Source of the DNA: Anaeramoeba ignava BMAN
Taxonomy: Eukaryota; Protista; Anaeramoebae
Assembly (NCBI GenBank): GCA_028826165.1
Contig: JAPDFW010000147.1
Span: 434,001-498,000, forward strand
Reading direction: 5' to 3'
DNA length: 64,000 bases
Each line of letters opens with the position of its first letter. The stretch's first letter is position 1. Below the pieces are notes generated by a model. That model saw only the letters and a list, made by a program, of their open reading frames with translations, was not told the DNA's origin and searched no databases. The position numbers and the translations under genes are program-made. This document shows positions 50,201-60,271 of the stretch, piece by piece.

Positions 50201-51103
50201 AACAATCTGAATAACAAAGAGATAATACTCGATATCTCTTGAGATGAAATGATCAAAAATCAATCTGGAATTTTCATCTCCTGGTTTGTTTTCGTTTGTA
50301 TGCAGTCCTTCGACAAGAAATCGCAGCGTTCTTGTGATGTATTTGTTGTGTTGAACAGAAATATCCAATTTTTGTTTCTGGAAATATGACTCAATATTGT
50401 TTGATATTGATTCTTCTTGGTTTGTTTTTGCAAAATATTTTTTTAAATGATTGGATGATAAATTTGAAGAACGCTCTCTGTGTTTAAGTTTGTGAATAGT
50501 TTTCTCAATTCTTTTCACTGATTCTTGCTCCTTTTTCTTGGTTTTTTCAAGTTTTTCAATTAATTTTTTGATTTGGATTTTCAAATTATCTTTTGAATTG
50601 ATTGAAGAAAAAGAAGTGTGATTTTCCTGAAAAGAAGAGATGATCACATTTGCAAAATGGCCAATCAAATCTTTAGGGATTGATTGAATAAATTGATTGA
50701 ATCTGATGATATTTGCGTCATTTAATTTCCAAACCAATTTTAAAATGTAATTTTGATTTTGATTTTGATTTTCAATTCCAAGAAAAGTATGAATTAAATT
50801 CTGCAGAAAAAAATCCTTATCCAATTCATTATTTGAGTGAAATTCCTGTATTAATAACAACAAAAAATCAATATGTGGTTTTTTTTCTGTTTGAAATGCT
50901 TCTAAAATATAAATACAAAGAAGGTTTGCAATTTCATTTGAAAAATTTGATTTTGAAGCTTTAAGTCTAATTTGAGTTGAAATTTCTTTAATTTTTATTT
51001 TAGATTTTAATTTGATTTTTTTAGGTAAATTTGATTTCTCTTCTAAATTTGTTTCTAAATTTTGTGAAATTAATTGAATTAAAAATTGTTTTAAAGGTTT
51101 CAT
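47243..51103 (-). CDS. FANCA: Large alpha-solenoid protein, probable Fanconi anaemia group A (FANCA) homologue
   Basis: Intronless 1286 aa. Several colinear blocks resemble human FANCA as recalled from memory, e.g. LTIEKWISYELQTQ vs [14 protein letters not shown] and PLSLVIELLDKL vs [12 protein letters not shown]. Confidence 0.65.
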   Translation of the reverse strand: MKPLKQFLIQLISQNLETNLEEKSNLPKKIKLKSKIKIKEISTQIRLKASKSNFSNEIANLLCIYILEAFQTEKKPHIDFLLLLIQEFHSNNELDKDFFLQNLIHTFLGIENQNQNQNYILKLVWKLNDANIIRFNQFIQSIPKDLIGHFANVIISSFQENHTSFSSINSKDNLKIQIKKLIEKLEKTKKKEQESVKRIEKTIHKLKHRERSSNLSSNHLKKYFAKTNQEESISNNIESYFQKQKLDISVQHNKYITRTLRFLVEGLHTNENKPGDENSRLIFDHFISRDIEYYLFVIQIVQNVPGWYEEELTRFLKMDYSVTPLWLGFAYPPEKSSLNFNSLYSKMQEVSNSRELVMFLTEFIRHFYLEKLVENLFILIECDEHANMLLSLFLVQTIVSTRNGMNKISSYIKEWNDKSFFRSKNIRLQKFIAFVQEFLLPKQTLNINKQTNPKNDPLSLVIELLDKLPQALTNGNEILLETSINQLQDSLKKIFNHSSFDQNPQIYTQDLTKFVEYFVDTFGKMILNSLEIHKTTDLFSQKEYLFWPQRVAKMVITQVPNVIHFLKLYIISLLLQESEKITSFQIEIVCILIATIHQICIYYENNPNLMHDQLEKESLVIQNTGIDFQIEIVQFLDQVIDQMAKSFHLMNLLQFSVSYIQTIVLLFDSISSDHFSSQKGYIPTQLTQFIQYMIEREDFFVQNHNLISDEKTIKLLQIANKIIFSHSFQFFVDISDQLTIEKWISYELQTQYPPKSFPRYEYLKHTIFNKYLHLEKESESFTQIFLKIFKSILNFQHNQQDSQPHNKQSKGNQVVPLFMMILQDILLISKPKISLLSIAKEYITQWNDSKMIHNFLDTFSSISNSLPIEILMQIDPPKSQLENSLQTPNVKKRRTTASTSRKKLTKNIKSMSRSFSKSLSQSQIDFPEHFQEFENFTSKYIIPHFPISFSVIKFTFRTLVLIFESSNENDSSLTKYIQNNLNPKMRILFIYYWNFLGSILHSLNKEPKNGAISQDFSQYYSFIQWMFNPFPSQETNPPFNLNLNLKLESFQELLFENFISQIIKFDSQIPQNYFENLILNFSISCEKVLLIDSFSFFLDITQILYQKISILSTPNYQNFSIVRKIENSQVNLLICNLSVFIEKVLLLKSFILPKFTSFGNEKTSFEPEKKYWIVLHVLINLDFSSLLVQQIGKVDLENFFNYLLSCYIASYSFEDLFISNEKLIDPNYQILNVVEFRKKIQIKIQEFFEFLKNQQINIKLNKEMKKEMKEIDSVLFEIISKKIILN

Positions 51104-51186
51104 AAATAAATAAAAAAAGAAAAAAAATGAAAAAAATTTTTTTGAGAATTATTTTTCTTTTTAATTAAAAAATCAAAAAATCAAAA

Positions 51187-53548
51187 ATGGAATTTTCAAA
51201 TTGGAATCAAATTAAAATAATTGGAATATTTCTTTGTTCAATTTTTTCACTTACAATTTATTATTTTGCAAACAAAGTGAGTGTTCAATTACTTGTTTTT
51301 GCACACAGTATTCTTTCATCATTTTCTTCAATTATCTCTTTAATTTTTGGGTTTGATCCTTCTTATTCAATTTCTTTTACAAGTGTTTATTTTATTTTTC
51401 ATACATTTTATATTCATCAAGAACCTTGTAAATTGACTGAGAAGATTACAACTTATTTTCATCATTTATTAGGTATTTTAATTTAATTTTTAATTTTAAA
51501 AAATTCAATAATTCAAGTATTTATTTATTTTTCTTTTCAGTTTCTTTTTTTATTTAAATTGGATATTGCAAAAAAAAGAATAAAATAAAAAAAATTTTTT
51601 TAAAAAATTTGATCAATTTAAATTTGGCATATTTCATTCATTTTAATAAAAAATAAATTAAATTTAATAATAGTTAATTTAAAAATATTATTTAAAATAA
51701 ATTTATTTAAATTATTTAATTAAAATCTATTTTGAAAATTAATAAAAATTTAAATTAATTTATTAATTAATTTTATTTAAACAAAATTAATTAAATTTAA
51801 TAATAATTAATTTAAAAATAATATTTAATTACATATTTAAAATAAATTTATTTAAATTATTTAATTCAAATCTATTTTGAAAATTAATAAAAATTTAAAT
51901 CAATTTATTAATTAATTTTCTTTTAAACAAAATCAATTAAATTTAATAATAATTAATTTAAAAATAATATTTAATTACATATTTAAAACAAATTTATTTT
52001 AAATTATTTAATTCAAATCTATTCTGAAAATTATTAAAAATTTAAATCAATTTATTAATTAATTTTATTTAAACAAAATCAAATAAATTTAATAATAATT
52101 AATTTAAAAATAATATTTAATTACATATTTAAAATAAATTTATTTAAATTATTTAATTCAAATCTATTTTAAAAATTAATAAAAATTTAAATTAATTTAT
52201 TAATTAATTTTATTTAAACAAAATCAATTAAATTTAATAATAATTAATTTAAAAATAATATTTAATTACATATTTAAAATAAATTTATTTAAATTATTTA
52301 ATTCAAATCTATTCTTTGAAATTAATAAAAATTTAAATCAATTTATTAATTAATTTTATTTAAACAAAAATCAATTAAATTTAATAATAATTAATTTAAA
52401 AATATTATTTAATTACATATTTAAAATAAATTTATTTAAATTATTTAATTCAAATCTATTTTGAAAATTAATAAAAATTTAAATTAATTTATTAATTAAT
52501 TTTATTTAAACAAAATCAATTAAATTTAATAATAATTAATTTAAAAATATTATTTAATTACATATTTAAAATAAATTTATTTAAATTATTTAATTCAAAT
52601 CTATTTTGAAAATTAATAAAAATTTAAATCAATTTATTAATTAATTTTCTTTTAAACAAAATCAATTAAATTTAATAATAAATAATTTAAAAATAATATT
52701 TAATTACATATTTAAAATAAATTTATTTAAATTATTTAATTCAAATCTATTTTGAAAATTAATAAAAATTTAAATTAATTTATTAATTAATTTTATTTAA
52801 AACAAAAATTAAAATTAAATAATTTAAAAATAATTAATTTAAAAATAATATTTAATTACATATTTAAAATAAATTTATTTAAATTATTTAATTCAAATCT
52901 ATTTTGAAAATTAATAAAAATTTAAATTAATTTATTAATTAATTTTATTTAAACAAAATCAAATAAATTTAATAATAATCAATTTAAAAATAATATTTAA
53001 TTACATATTTAAAATAAAATTATTTAAATTATTTAATTAAAATCTATTTTGAAAATTAATAAAAATTTAAATTAATTTATTAATTAATTTTATTTAAACA
53101 AAATCAATTAAATTTAATAATAATAAATTAAAAATTAATATTTAATTACATATTTAAAATAAATTTATTTAAATTATTTAATTCAAATCTATTTTGAAAA
53201 TTAATAGGACTTGGATTCGGATTTCCTGAATTAATTTTACAAAAAAATGGATATGTTTGTCTTTGTTTTCAAGCAAATGAAGTTTCAAACATTTTTCTTT
53301 CATGGTATAGATGGAAGAAAACAAATATATCTGGAATTTTTTTTGCAATTGCGTTTTTTAGTACAAGAGTTCTTTGGGATACTTTTTATATTCTTCCTTT
53401 TCTTCTTCCTACTGCTTCTCTTTATCTTAAAGTTTTATCTGTTCCACTTTTTACAATTCAATATATTTGGCTTTATAAAATAATAAGAAAATTTACAAAT
53501 TTCATTTTAAAACAAAAATCAAAAAAAGAAGAAAAGAAAATTAATTAA
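51187..53548 (+). CDS. TLC (TRAM/LAG1/CLN8) domain membrane protein, paralogue 1
   Basis: Exons 51187-51472 and 53208-53548. FAHS, YFHHLL, QANEVSNIFL and FFSTRV motifs typical of the TLC domain. Confidence 0.8.
51650..53207 (+). repeat. About 145-bp tandem satellite (about 11 copies) inside the TLC-1 intron
   Basis: The marker TCTATT recurs at 51726, 51871, 52018, 52163, 52308, 52455, 52600, 52746, 52898, 53043 and 53188 (spacing 145-152 nt). Confidence 0.95.
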
Positions 53549-53721
53549 AAGAAAAGAATTAAAAAATTTTTTTAAAGGAAATGTCAAAAAATCAAAAAGA
53601 AAATAATTAAACTTTCCTTAATCCAATTTTTTCTTTTTTCTTCAATTAAAAAAATTAAAAAATTAAAAAAAAGAAACAAATTTTTCATTTTTCTTTTTTT
53701 TTAAAAAAATAAAAACAAAAA

Positions 53722-55333
53722 ATGGGTAATTCTAGCAATAAGATGTTATCTTCAGATTGGGATCTAAACAAAACAATAGGAGTGATTACCATTTCAATTA
53801 TTAGTGGTTTTATTTATTATTTAGCAAAACAAGTGAGTATAAAATTACTTGTTTTTACTCACAGTGTTTTTTCAACTATTTCTTCAATCGTAACTATGAT
53901 TTTTCAATTTGATCCTGCTTATTCTATTATGATTACTAGCGTTTATCTACCTTATCATACTTATTATCTTCGTGATGAACCTTATGGAACTCGTGATAAA
54001 TGGTCAACTTATATACATCATTTTTTAGGTATTTTTTAAATTATATTTCATTTTCAATTCAAAATCAAAATCAAAATCAAAATCAAAATCAAAATTAAAA
54101 TCAAAATCAAAATTAAAATCAAAATCAAAATCAAAATCAAAATCAAAATCAATTTGAAAATGAAAATCAAAATTAAAATCAAAATCAAAATCAAAATCAA
54201 AATCAAAATCAAAATCAAATTCAAAATTAAAATTAAAATCAAAATCAAAATCAAAAACCAAAATCAATTTGAAAATCAAAATTAAAATCAAATTCAAAAT
54301 CAAATTCAAAATCAAATTCAAAATCAAAATCAAATTCAAAATTAAAATCAATATCAAAATCAAAATCAAAATTAAAATCAAAATCAAAATTAAAATCAAA
54401 ATTAAAATTAAAATCAAAATTTAAATTAAAATTAAAATTAAAATCAAAATTAAAATCAAAATCAAAATCAAAATCAAAATCAAAATTAAAATCAAAATCA
54501 AAATTAAAATCAAAATCAAAATTAAATTCAAAATTAAAATTAAAATTAAAATTAAAATCAAAATCAAAATCAAATTCAAAATAAAAATCAAAATCAAAAT
54601 CAAAATCAAAATCAAAATCAAAATCAAAATTAAAATTAAAATAAAAATCAAAATCAAAATCAAAATTAAAATCAAAATCAAAATCAAATTCAAAATTAAA
54701 ATCAATATCAAAATTAAAATCAAAATCAAAATCAAAATCAAAATCAAAATCAAAATTAAAATTAAAATCAAAATCAAAATTAAAATTAAAATTAAAATCA
54801 AAATCAAAATCAAATTCAAAATAAAAATCAAAATCAAAATAAAAATCAAAATCAAAATCAAAATTAAAATCAAAATCAAAATTAAAATCAAAATCAAAAT
54901 CAAAATCAAAATTAAAATCAAAATCAAAATTAAAATCTAAATTAAATTCAAAATTAAAATCAATTTAAACTTAAATATTTATGAAAAAAAAGGATTTGCT
55001 TTTGGAGTTACAGAGTTATTTTTACGTAAAAATGAAATGGCTTATCTTTGTATTCAAGCAAATGAAGCATCAAACATTTTTCTTCAATGGTATAGATGGA
55101 AGAAAACAAATATATCTGGACTTTGTTTTGCAATTGCGTTTTTTATTACAAGAGTTCCTTGGGATACTTTTTATGTTATCCCTTTTTATCTTCCTTATAC
55201 TTCTCTTTATATTAAAATATTTTTCGTTCCTTTTTATACAATTCAATATATTTGGCTTTATAAAACATTTAAAAAAGTTCATCAATTATTTTTTAAAAAA
55301 AAAGAAACAAATGAAAAAGAAAAACTGAAATAA
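53722..55333 (+). CDS. TLC domain membrane protein, paralogue 2 (tandem duplicate)
   Basis: Exons 53722-54028 and 54993-55333. Same phase-1 intron position as paralogue 1 (HHFL-G) and shared QANE.SNIFL.WYRWKKTNISG. The intron is filled with (AAAATY)n. Confidence 0.8.
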
Positions 55334-55506
55334 TCTAAACAAAAATTAAACTTGAAACAACAAAAGAAACTTGATTTTTTTTTAAACAAAAAGAAAATGA
55401 TTGATTTTTTCATTCAAAAAATAAATTAACAAAAAAAGAATAAAGATTTGATTTTAATTTTAATTTTAATTATTTTGATTTTAATTTTCTTATTATTAAT
55501 TAATTT

Positions 55507-57246
55507 TTAAATGAAATAAGATTCAAGTTCATCAACACCAAAAGAATAAGAACCAGCTAAATAACTTTTAGCTTCATTTGTATCATAAGTAATTCCATTA
55601 GGTAGATTGTAATTGTTGCCAAAATGTGAATAACCAGTTTGAAGATTTGAGGAATTTAAACAGAAATCAGGGCTACTTCCGTAAGTTCCAAAACTTGGTC
55701 CAACATCTGATCTAGAATAAATTGCATTTCCTTCTTTTCCTTTTTTAATTGTAAACTTTGCAGGTATTCTATCTCCTTTATCATTTCTTAATGAAAAAAT
55801 AAATGCATTTGAATCATTAATGTTTCTTGTATTTCCATTAAATCCAGCTTGAGTAAAACCTCCAAAAATAAAATTTTGTTTTGTTTTGATAATAACTAAT
55901 GTTTTTCCTTTCCCATCAACTACTTTATGCCAATTTTGAGAATTAAATCCATCTCTTTTTGCTGAAAATCCTTTTTTCATTTTAGAAAAAAAATTATTAT
56001 CATTTATCCATTCTTGTAATTTCTTAACATATTCAATATCTTTCATAATTTCTGAATCTGAAAATTGAGGAAAATTCTTTTTTAATTCTTGCATTTTCTT
56101 TTCATATTCATCAAAAGCAGGTTTCATTTTCTCAATTTCTTTGTTTTTATCTTCAATTTCAATTTTCATTTGTTGATTTTCTTTGTTTTTATCTTCAACT
56201 TCTTTCTTCCATTTCTCTTCAATTTCAATTTTCATTTGTTGATTTTCTTTCTCTTTATCTTCAATTTCTTTCTTCCATTTCTCTTCAATCTCCTTCTCTT
56301 TGTTTTCAATTTCTTTGTTTTTATCTTCAATTTCTTTCTTCCATTTCTCTTCAATTTCTTTCTCTTTATTTTCAATCTCTTTTTGATTATCTTGAATAAC
56401 TTTGTTTTGAATATCAACTAAAAAAGATTTAGGAAAAAAATCAAATTGTTTTAATTTATCAAAATCTTGTTTTGAAATTGAATCTTTATCAAATAATGAA
56501 AAAAAAGAATGAAATAATCTTTTCTTTTCAATTCCCTTTTCTTTTTCTTTTTCTTTTTCTTTCTTTCCTTTTAATCTTTCATTTCTTTTTTCAATCCAAT
56601 TATTTAAAAATTGAAAAAAATCAAATTGAAAAATTTCTTTTTTTTCTTGTTTAAATTGAATAAATTTGATAATTTCTTCTTTAGTTAAATTGAATAAATT
56701 TTCATTATTCTGAATTTGGGAAAAATTTTGATTTATTAATTCAAAACATTTTATTTCAATTTCATTTGAATTTAAATTTCGATTTTGGAATAAAAATTGG
56801 AAAAAATTTGAATAATTAATTGAATTTAAAATTTTTTTTTGAATAATTTCTTTCAATAAATTTAATTTAAAATAAATTGAAATTTCTAATAATTGAATAA
56901 GATTTTCTTGATTCTCAAAAGAAATATTTCCATAATAAATATAACTCAAAATTGATTCCATTTCTTTTTTATTAAATTGATTTAAAGAAATAAAAAGAGA
57001 TTCTTGCCTTAATGACTCATTAAAAAAAGGAGATCTTGAAGATAAAATTGATTTATGAACTTTAATTTCAAAAGGATTTGATTTATTCTCAACAAAAATT
57101 GAAAAATCTTTAAATGAATTTCCATTTAAAAGGTTTGAATAATCTTTAATTAAATTTTTTGTTACTTTTTTTTGTAAATTTTTCATTTCATTTTCATTTT
57201 GATTTTGATTTGCATTTTGAATTTGGTTATTATTATTATTATCCAT
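55507..57246 (-). CDS. BTB/POZ - coiled coil - TLDc domain protein
   Basis: BTB (FKDFSIFV..FEIKVHKSILSSRSPFF..ILSYIYYG), repeated KEIEEKWKKEIEDK coil and TLDc (FSAKRDGF....WHKVVDGKGKTLVIIKT..FIFGGFT..AFIFSL..GPSFG..VDELESY). Confidence 0.93.
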   Translation of the reverse strand: MDNNNNNQIQNANQNQNENEMKNLQKKVTKNLIKDYSNLLNGNSFKDFSIFVENKSNPFEIKVHKSILSSRSPFFNESLRQESLFISLNQFNKKEMESILSYIYYGNISFENQENLIQLLEISIYFKLNLLKEIIQKKILNSINYSNFFQFLFQNRNLNSNEIEIKCFELINQNFSQIQNNENLFNLTKEEIIKFIQFKQEKKEIFQFDFFQFLNNWIEKRNERLKGKKEKEKEKEKGIEKKRLFHSFFSLFDKDSISKQDFDKLKQFDFFPKSFLVDIQNKVIQDNQKEIENKEKEIEEKWKKEIEDKNKEIENKEKEIEEKWKKEIEDKEKENQQMKIEIEEKWKKEVEDKNKENQQMKIEIEDKNKEIEKMKPAFDEYEKKMQELKKNFPQFSDSEIMKDIEYVKKLQEWINDNNFFSKMKKGFSAKRDGFNSQNWHKVVDGKGKTLVIIKTKQNFIFGGFTQAGFNGNTRNINDSNAFIFSLRNDKGDRIPAKFTIKKGKEGNAIYSRSDVGPSFGTYGSSPDFCLNSSNLQTGYSHFGNNYNLPNGITYDTNEAKSYLAGSYSFGVDELESYFI

Positions 57247-57249
57247 TTT

Positions 57250-57545
57250 GTTTGATTTTGTTTTTTGTTTTGTGTTTTTTGTTTTTTGTGTTTTGTTTTT
57301 GTTTTGTGTTTTTGTTTGTTGTGTTTTTGTTTGTGTTTTTGTTTTTGTGTTGTTGTTTATGTTTTTGTTGTTTTTGTTGTTGTTGTGTTTTTGTTTTTGT
57401 GTTTTTGTTTTTGTGTTTTTGTTTTTGTGTTTTTGTTTTTGTTTTTGTTTTTGTTTTTTGTGTTTTTGTTGTTTTTGTTTTTGTTTTGTGTTTTTGTTTT
57501 TGTTTTGTGTTTTTGTGTTTTTGTGTGTTTGTGTTGTTGTTGTGT
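57250..57545. repeat. (TTTTTG/TTTGTG)n low-complexity tract in the divergent promoter region between BTB-TLDc and LZTR1-like genes
   Basis: Directly visible GT-rich tract. Confidence 0.85.
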
Positions 57546-57607
57546 TTTAAAAAAAAGGAAAAAAATGAATTTTAAATTTTTTTTTTCATTTTTTTTCTTT
57601 TTCAAAA

Positions 57608-59239
57608 ATGGAACTGTTTCCAATAACATATACAGGAGAAGCACCAGATGAACGAAGCTGTGCACGAAGTGTAATTCTTTCTGACAACGAACTTCTTTTT
57701 TTTGGAGGAATAAATTCCAAATGCTATTTCAATACATTTGAGAAATTTGACTTGAACACTTACAAATGGATTAAAATGGAAATCAAAGGAAATCAACCAA
57801 AACCTCGCAGCGGACATTCTATGACGAAAGTGGAGAACAAAGTTTATATTTTAGGAGGAATGAATACAGTTGGTTTTTGTGATAATGGATGGCTTGATCT
57901 CGAAAATCTCACTTGGAATCACTTTGAAGAATCAAAAATTCGAGATCTTGATTTGCTTTTTCATTCTGTAGTTGTTTATAATAACCAAATGTGGATTTTT
58001 GGAGGAGATCAAAAATCCAAATTCACGAATAATTTATCAATTATTGATACAAATAAAAATCAATTTTTCATTCAAAATGCAAATGTAAAAGGCGATATTC
58101 CCACTCCAAGATCTCGCCATTCAGCCGTTGCATGGCATGATCATATGTGGGTTTTTGGAGGACAACTTTACGACAGATTTCATCACGAGACGAACGATAT
58201 GTATCAATTGGATATGAAGGATTTTTTTTGGAAAAAAGTTGAGCAATTTGGCAAAGTACCTTCTCCAAGAAGGTCCCATTTCGCTCTTTTGGAAGGCGAT
58301 TATATGTATTTGTTTGGAGGATGTTATCGCAGAGAAATCGACTATTGCGATTTCTTCAGGTTTAGCATGATATCAAATACTTGGGAGGAGTTTGATTTGC
58401 TACCAAATCATCCAACAGCATCAAATCATTTTTTAGTAAATGAAAATCAAAACAGATTTTCTCTGCAAATACAACAAGAAAAAATTGTGGAAGAGAGGAA
58501 AGCAAATACGGAGAATTCCCCAACACTTCCTCATGGTCGCGGAGGTTGTTGCGGGAAGATTTATCAAAGAAAACTTTATTTATGTTTGGGCGGATATTTC
58601 GAAGCAGATTGGGTCGATATTTCTGATTCCTTTTATATCGAGATTGAAACACAATTGGGTTTTGATTTCCTCAATTTTTTTAAACGCCAGGAATTTGTTG
58701 ATTTGGTTCTCTCTAGCAGAAACCACAACTTCACATTTGGAGCACATAAAACATTTGTTCAAGCTCGTCTCGGATCAGAAAAAATGCATGAATTCTTGAC
58801 AATTTGCGAATATTCCCAGGCTTATAATATTACACAAAATGATGTCTATTCGTTCCTTGTGGCACTTTATTCGGGTTCTTATTCTATTGATTCGCAGAAG
58901 ATGCTTTCTTTATTAAAAATGGAGAAATTCAATGCGCTTGAAGATGATATGCAAAAATTATTTGAAGATGAAAATTCAAAAGATTTTGAGATTATTGTTG
59001 AAAATCAATCAATTCGTGTTCATCAATCAATTATGGCAGCACGAAGTGAATTATATAGAGGAATGTTATTGGTTGTAAATGATGATAGCAAGAAATCTCC
59101 TGATTTAAGTGGTAGAAGTGCTGAGGCAATTCGTGTTGTTCTTCGTTATATTTATACTGGAAATTTTGGATCTTTTTCAGATTCTCTTAATTCTGAATTA
59201 AGTGATTGTTTTGAATATTATGGTCTTAATTTTGATTAA
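57608..59239 (+). CDS. Kelch-repeat + tandem BTB protein (LZTR1-like)
   Basis: Kelch repeats (PRSGHS..VYILGG, PRSRHSAV..MWVFGG, PRRSH..MYLFGG) followed by two BTB-like segments (FVDLVL..AHKTFVQAR and SKDFEIIV..IRVHQSIMAARSELYRGM..LRYIYTG). Confidence 0.9.
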   Translation: MELFPITYTGEAPDERSCARSVILSDNELLFFGGINSKCYFNTFEKFDLNTYKWIKMEIKGNQPKPRSGHSMTKVENKVYILGGMNTVGFCDNGWLDLENLTWNHFEESKIRDLDLLFHSVVVYNNQMWIFGGDQKSKFTNNLSIIDTNKNQFFIQNANVKGDIPTPRSRHSAVAWHDHMWVFGGQLYDRFHHETNDMYQLDMKDFFWKKVEQFGKVPSPRRSHFALLEGDYMYLFGGCYRREIDYCDFFRFSMISNTWEEFDLLPNHPTASNHFLVNENQNRFSLQIQQEKIVEERKANTENSPTLPHGRGGCCGKIYQRKLYLCLGGYFEADWVDISDSFYIEIETQLGFDFLNFFKRQEFVDLVLSSRNHNFTFGAHKTFVQARLGSEKMHEFLTICEYSQAYNITQNDVYSFLVALYSGSYSIDSQKMLSLLKMEKFNALEDDMQKLFEDENSKDFEIIVENQSIRVHQSIMAARSELYRGMLLVVNDDSKKSPDLSGRSAEAIRVVLRYIYTGNFGSFSDSLNSELSDCFEYYGLNFD

Positions 59240-59434
59240 AAAATTAATTTTAAATCAATTATACTTTGAAATTCCAAAAAAAAAACTAAAAAAACAAATT
59301 TTTTGTGGTTTTTTTTTTTAAGAAATCAACTCATTATAAAACTGTTTTCTTTTCTTAAAATTTTATTGATTTTGTGAATTTGTTTTCCTTTTAAAAAATT
59401 CTTAAAAGAAAAAAAATTTTTCTATTCGGGAAAA

Positions 59435-60039
59435 TTAAATTTCATCAATTTCTTTATCTTTATCATTTTCTTTTTCTTTATCTTTTTCATTTTCTTTTTC
59501 TTTTTCTTGATTTTTGACTTTTTTACTTTTGAATAATTGAGGATTTTCAAGTCTATATTTTTTAAAAGAATCTTCTCTTTTATCATATTCTTCTTTTGAC
59601 ATGACATATTTTTCTACTTTTTCATTTTGTAATTGTTCATAAATTCCATTTGGATCTGAATCTTGGATCTTTAAAAAAAATTTTTCTTTTTGAATTGAAA
59701 ATTTTTTTTAAAAAAAACAAAAAGAAAAATTTACTTCAATTTCATAATTATCTTTAATTCCTGAATCAGTTAAAGAAAGAGTTTCATTTTCTAATTTTTG
59801 GATTGTTTCTCCTTTTTCATTTTTCAAAATTAAAACCATATTTTTAGGTTCAATTCCAGTTAAAGGATATAAACGATCCTAAATGATTAAAATAATTTAA
59901 AATTTTAATTTAAAATTTAATTCAATTCATGAATTTAATTTACTTTTAATTGTTTTAAAGAAAATTCAGGATTATATCGTTTTTCAATTGGAATTCTTGA
60001 AGTTGGTGTTGAAATTTTAATTAAAATTGTTTCACTCAT
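59435..60039 (-). CDS. Tubulin-folding cofactor B-like protein (ubiquitin-like domain + linker, no CAP-Gly)
   Basis: Three exons (introns 59943-59879 and 59734-59669) give MSETILIKISTPTSRIPIEKRYNPEFSLKQLK-DRLYPLTGIEPKNMVLIL...IQDSDPN...VEKYVMSKEEYDKREDSFKKYR...EIDEI*. VEKY.MS.EEY.KR is the TBCB linker signature. The ORF track misses it. Confidence 0.82.
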
Positions 60040-60271
60040 TTAAATTTTTTTAATTTTAAAAGAAAAAGAAAAAAATGAAAAAAAAAAATAAAAAGAGAAA
60101 AATTTTTTATTGTTTTAAATTATTTTTTTTCTTCTTTTTTTTATTTAAAATAAAAAAATAAAAAAAATTTTTTCGTTAATAAAAATTTAAAAAGAAAATA
60201 AAAATAAAAATTTCATTTTTTTCTTTTTCTTTTTTTTTGTATTTTTTTTTTTACTCGTTTTGTTTTTGAAA

